Origin: Hyphomicrobium sp.
Lineage (GTDB): Bacteria > Pseudomonadota > Alphaproteobacteria > Rhizobiales > Hyphomicrobiaceae
Reading direction: 5' to 3'
NCBI GenBank assembly: GCA_040509255.1
Contig: JBEVLH010000158.1
Span: forward strand, 1 to 41,363
DNA length: 41,363 nucleotides
The translations under genes and the position numbers were made by a program. Under the pieces are notes generated by a model, which was given only the letters and a program-made list of their open reading frames with translations, was not told the DNA's origin and ran no database searches. Of this stretch, positions 37,609 to 41,363 are shown one piece after another; the stretch's first letter is position 1; the number at the start of each line of letters is the position of its first letter.

Positions 37609-37750
37609 GCATCCACCTCGCCCGGTGGGCCGTGCTGCGAAGCGGGGAGGGTCTGCCGCCTTGACACCGGTTGCCAGCCGTGGCGAATGTCGCGCGTGAA
37701 GCGGTGCCGGCCGCACGCTTCAGTTGCACAGCCAGGAAAGCCGAAGCTCC

Positions 37751-38722
37751 GTGACCACCACGACCGCATTGCGTACCTACCTCGACTTCGAGAAACCCAT
37801 CCTCGAACTCGAAAACAAGGTTGCCGAACTCAAGGCCTTGCAGACGGACGGCAAGGGTCCGCAGATTGCCGACGAGATCACGAAGCTCGAGCAAAAGGCC
37901 AGGGCCGCGCTCGCGGATACCTATGCGAAGCTGACGCCGTGGCAGAAGACGCTGGTCGCGCGCCACCCGGACCGGCCGCATGCGCTCGATTTCATCGGGG
38001 CGCTGGTTGAAGACTTCACGCCACTCGCCGGCGATCGCTATTTCGCCGAGGACGAGGCCATCGTCGGCGGCATCGGAAAATTCCGCAGCCGGTCGGTGCT
38101 GATTCTCGGACACGAGAAGGGCGCGGACACCGAGCAGCGCATCAGGCACAATTTCGGCATGGCGCGTCCCGAGGGCTATCGCAAGGCCGTTCGGCTGATG
38201 GAGATGGCTGACCGCTTCAACCTGCCGATCATCACGTTCGTCGATACGCCGGGCGCATATCCAGGCATCGGCGCGGAAGAGCGCGGACAGGCCGAGGCCA
38301 TCGCCCGCTCGACCGAATGCTGCCTGCGCCTCGGTGTTCCGATCGTCACCGTCATCGTCGGCGAAGGCGGCTCGGGCGGCGCGATTGCAATTGCGACGGC
38401 CAACCGCATCCTGATGCTGGAGCATGCCATCTATTCGGTCATTTCTCCGGAGGGCGCAGCGTCGATCATCTGGCGCGACAGCAACAAGAAAGAAGAAGCC
38501 GCGACCAACATGAAGATCACGGCGCAGGACCTCGACCAGCTCGGCGTCATCGACGCGATCGTCAAGGAACCGACGGGTGGCGCGCATCGCGACCGCGAAT
38601 CGGTGATTATCGCGACGGGCAATGCCATCGCCCGGATGCTTTCGGAATTCGACGGCAAATCGCCCGACGAGATTCGGACCCAGCGCCACGAGCGCTTCCT
38701 GTCGATCGGACGATCGGCCTGA
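37751..38722 (+). CDS. accA: Acetyl-CoA carboxylase carboxyltransferase alpha subunit
   Basis: YLDFEKPI, ARHPDRP, FGMARPEGYRKA, DTPGAYPGIGAEERGQ, GEGGSGGA. Start approximate (GTG 37751). Confidence 0.96.
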   Translation: MTTTTALRTYLDFEKPILELENKVAELKALQTDGKGPQIADEITKLEQKARAALADTYAKLTPWQKTLVARHPDRPHALDFIGALVEDFTPLAGDRYFAEDEAIVGGIGKFRSRSVLILGHEKGADTEQRIRHNFGMARPEGYRKAVRLMEMADRFNLPIITFVDTPGAYPGIGAEERGQAEAIARSTECCLRLGVPIVTVIVGEGGSGGAIAIATANRILMLEHAIYSVISPEGAASIIWRDSNKKEEAATNMKITAQDLDQLGVIDAIVKEPTGGAHRDRESVIIATGNAIARMLSEFDGKSPDEIRTQRHERFLSIGRSA

Positions 38723-38884
38723 GGCGTTTCTGCCACGCGGGTGCGGCGCCCACCGTGTGCCGCATTTGGATACGATACTTGAGTTGACTGAGCATATTCG
38801 GCGTCTCAGTAGTCGTGCGCGTTCATGTGCTCATCGGTCTGCAGCCTCACGGCGCGGGCAATCATTCGGGACGGGAACGGGGTA

Positions 38885-39847
38885 TTGCTGGGGATCAGCA
38901 CTGGCACGGCCATAAGGACGTTCGTCCGTTTTGCGATCCTCGTCGCGGCGGCGACGGTTGCGGCGTGCTCGAATACTCCGACCATCCCACCGCCGTCCGA
39001 GGTGCCGCTGTCGAAAGACACTCTGGCGCTGCTGGCGCGGAAGGGCATGCAGGCGAGTTCGCCGGTGTTCGTCCGTATCTTCAAGGAAGAGTCGGAACTC
39101 GAAATCTGGAAGCAGCGCGACGACGGCCGCTTCTACCATCTCAAGACCTACCCGATCTGCAATTGGTCGGGCGAGATCGGGCCAAAGCAAAACTACGGCG
39201 ATCGGCAGGCGCCCGAAGGTTTCTATACCATCACGCCGACGCTCATGAACCCGAACTCGAAATACTATCTGTCGTTCAACGTCGGCTACCCCAATGCCTT
39301 TGACCGGGCATGGGGCCGGACAGGCGATTCCGTCATGGTGCACGGAAACTGCCGCTCCGCGGGTTGCTACGCCATGACGGACGCGTTGATGGAAGAGATC
39401 TACGGACTGACGCGCGAGTCCTTGAAGGCGGGTCAGCCGAGCTTCCAGCTTCATGCCTATCCGTTCCGGATGACGGACGCGCGCATGGCGCGCGAGAAAA
39501 ACAATCAGTGGTTCGGCTTCTGGAAGACGATGAAGAAGGGTTATGATTATTTCGAGCGGTATCGCATTCCGCCGAGCGTGACCGTGTGCGAGCGACGCTA
39601 CGTCGTCGACGCCGTGGCATCCAGCCGGCCGGATCCTTCGGGACCATGTCCGCCGCTAGAACGGCCCCGGGTCACCGCCTTCACACCTCTTCCGGAGCCG
39701 GGCGGAGTGGAGGTCGCGCATGGCAATAAGCTTAAGGGCATTTCCGATCCGGACAATGAGCCGACGCTAGCTGATATCAAGAAGGCGAAAGCGCAAGAGA
39801 GCGCGCAATCGACCGCCGTTTCGTCGCCCGTCGCCAACGCGAACTGA
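38885..39847 (+). CDS. YkuD-family L,D-transpeptidase, YafK/DpaA(LdtF)-like, predicted lipoprotein
   Basis: Lipobox VAAC; RIFKEESELEIW, YPICNWSG, GDRQAPEGFY, catalytic HGNCRSAGC. Start approximate (TTG 38885). Confidence 0.88.
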   Translation: MLGISTGTAIRTFVRFAILVAAATVAACSNTPTIPPPSEVPLSKDTLALLARKGMQASSPVFVRIFKEESELEIWKQRDDGRFYHLKTYPICNWSGEIGPKQNYGDRQAPEGFYTITPTLMNPNSKYYLSFNVGYPNAFDRAWGRTGDSVMVHGNCRSAGCYAMTDALMEEIYGLTRESLKAGQPSFQLHAYPFRMTDARMAREKNNQWFGFWKTMKKGYDYFERYRIPPSVTVCERRYVVDAVASSRPDPSGPCPPLERPRVTAFTPLPEPGGVEVAHGNKLKGISDPDNEPTLADIKKAKAQESAQSTAVSSPVANAN

Positions 39848-39897
39848 TTTCCCGGTGGTCTCCACCTGAGCAACGTCGGCAGCATTTTCGGAAGAGA

Positions 39898-40746
39898 GTG
39901 GTTTTGAAGGCGTTCGCGTTTCTCATCATCGTCCTTGGGCTCGCGGCCGTCGCGTTCGTGACCATGCCGACGTGGCTGTCGAAATTTCCCGACGGCGACA
40001 GGGCACTCATCGCTTACGAGCGAACTCAGCGACACATGCGCTGGAAGTTCGGCCTGCCGATGCCGGGCGAGCCTGATCTTTCCCGGTTTCCCCAGCGCCT
40101 TGCAGATGCCGGCGTAAAGAATGGGGCGCCGGTTCTAGTCCGCATCTTCAAAAGCGAATTCGAACTCGAGCTTTGGATGCAGCGCGACGGCGCGTTCGAG
40201 CGCTTCGCGACCTACCCCATCTGCCGGTGGTCGGGGCGGATCGGGCCGAAATTCAGGGAAGGCGACGTCCAGGCGCCCGAAGGCTTCTATACTGTCGATT
40301 CAAAAGCCCTCAATCCGAACAGCCGGTGGTATCGCTCGTTCAATCTCGGGTATCCGAACACCTTCGACCGCGCGCAAGGGCGAACGGGGTCCTTGATCAT
40401 GGTCCACGGCGGGTGCGCGTCGATCGGCTGCTTCGCGATGACAAATCCGCAGATGCGCGAGATCTGGCAGCTCGTCACGGGGGCTCTGAATGGCGGCCAG
40501 AAGAGCTTCCAGGTGCAGGTCTATCCGTTCCGGATGACGGCCGATCGCATGGCGCAATATGCCGGCAACCCGCACATCGAGTTTTGGAGAAATCTGAAAG
40601 AAGGAAACGACCTGTTCGAAGCCGACAAGCTGCCGCCCAAGGTTGCCGTCTGCCAGGGCCGCTACGGGTTCCAGGCGGGCGGCCGGGGTTCAACCGGGTC
40701 TGATTCCATCGAAGACAAGTGCGCAGCCGATGCCGCCAAAAGCTAG
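39898..40746 (+). CDS. YkuD-family L,D-transpeptidase, YafK/DpaA-like, N-terminal TM anchor
   Basis: RIFKSEFELELW, YPICRWSG, GDVQAPEGFY, HGGCASIGC. Confidence 0.88.
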   Translation: MVLKAFAFLIIVLGLAAVAFVTMPTWLSKFPDGDRALIAYERTQRHMRWKFGLPMPGEPDLSRFPQRLADAGVKNGAPVLVRIFKSEFELELWMQRDGAFERFATYPICRWSGRIGPKFREGDVQAPEGFYTVDSKALNPNSRWYRSFNLGYPNTFDRAQGRTGSLIMVHGGCASIGCFAMTNPQMREIWQLVTGALNGGQKSFQVQVYPFRMTADRMAQYAGNPHIEFWRNLKEGNDLFEADKLPPKVAVCQGRYGFQAGGRGSTGSDSIEDKCAADAAKS

Positions 40747-40860
40747 CTGTTTACGCCTTCACTTATCGGGCTGAGTGTTGGCAAAAAGTCACTTAGAGTT
40801 GGACTTTCCCCGGCGATACTGAGCCCGTCGCGGAAGAACAGGATCTCGGTCGGCAATTCG

Positions 40861-41363
40861 ATGCGGTCGTTCGGCTTATCGTATCTCAGGGTGGTTGCGG
40901 CGATGATGCTCTGTCTCATCGCGACTGCGAGCGCGCATGCTCTGACGATCGAGCTTAAGGACGTCGCGGCCGATCGTGTCGAACGACAACGGGCGGCGGC
41001 AACGGGCGCGCTCCCGTTACCGGGCACTCCGAACGTCGCCGTGCTGCAGGAGCGGCTGCGGGACAAAGGCGTGACACTGGCGTCGCCGATCCTCATTCGC
41101 ATCTTCAAGGCCGAGTCCGAGCTTGAGATCTGGAAACAGAAGGACGGCGCCTTCATTCTCTTTGCGACCTATCCGATCTGCCATTGGTCTGGGACACTCG
41201 GCCCGAAGCTTCGCGACGGCGACCGGCAGGCGCCGGAAGGTTTCTACACAGTCTCGCGAGCGCAAGCCCGGCATGTCGGACGGTGGCCGATCTCCATCGA
41301 TATCGGATTTCCGAACATTCTCGATCAATCACAGGCGCGGACGGGCTCGGACATTCTCATCCA
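40861..41363 (+). CDS. Third YafK/DpaA-like L,D-transpeptidase (3' truncated by window edge; not in ORF track)
   Basis: MRSFGLSYLRVVAAMMLCLIATASAHA signal; RIFKAESELEIW, YPICHWSG, GDRQAPEGFY, ends at TGSDILI just before the expected catalytic His. Confidence 0.85.
   Translation, partial: MRSFGLSYLRVVAAMMLCLIATASAHALTIELKDVAADRVERQRAAATGALPLPGTPNVAVLQERLRDKGVTLASPILIRIFKAESELEIWKQKDGAFILFATYPICHWSGTLGPKLRDGDRQAPEGFYTVSRAQARHVGRWPISIDIGFPNILDQSQARTGSDILI

Overview
GC-rich alphaproteobacterial core-chromosome segment, most likely from a Hyphomicrobium-like methylotroph (inferred from the SgaA sequence and gene context). The left end holds a truncated membrane Ser/Thr kinase-WD40 gene, a membrane-anchored SNase-like gene, a candidate unannotated ~85-nt sRNA, a secreted triple-repeat (DUF2541-like) protein, a fatty-acid desaturase and prmB. 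Next is a minus-strand serine-cycle cluster (sgaA-mclA-mtkA-mtkB-ppc) with a strongly divergent PEP carboxylase, preceded by tRNA-Arg(CCT) and a NarL/LuxR regulator whose receiver domain lacks the phospho-acceptor Asp. The rest is typical rhizobial housekeeping: helicase-S4-fdxA-carD, DUF3108, rpmB, J-domain-cobS-cobT-phytase-like, bolA, corC-like, an aroK-aroB fusion, small protein-hypothetical-xerD, a POT transporter, accA, and three tandem YafK/DpaA-like L,D-transpeptidase genes (last one truncated). I see no mobile element, prophage or CRISPR array. The best leads are the pseudo-receiver regulator beside the serine cycle, the atypical PEPC, the candidate sRNA, the histone-like CarD with its long structured leader, and the DpaA-like triplet. 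All family assignments come from motif recognition; no database search was run.
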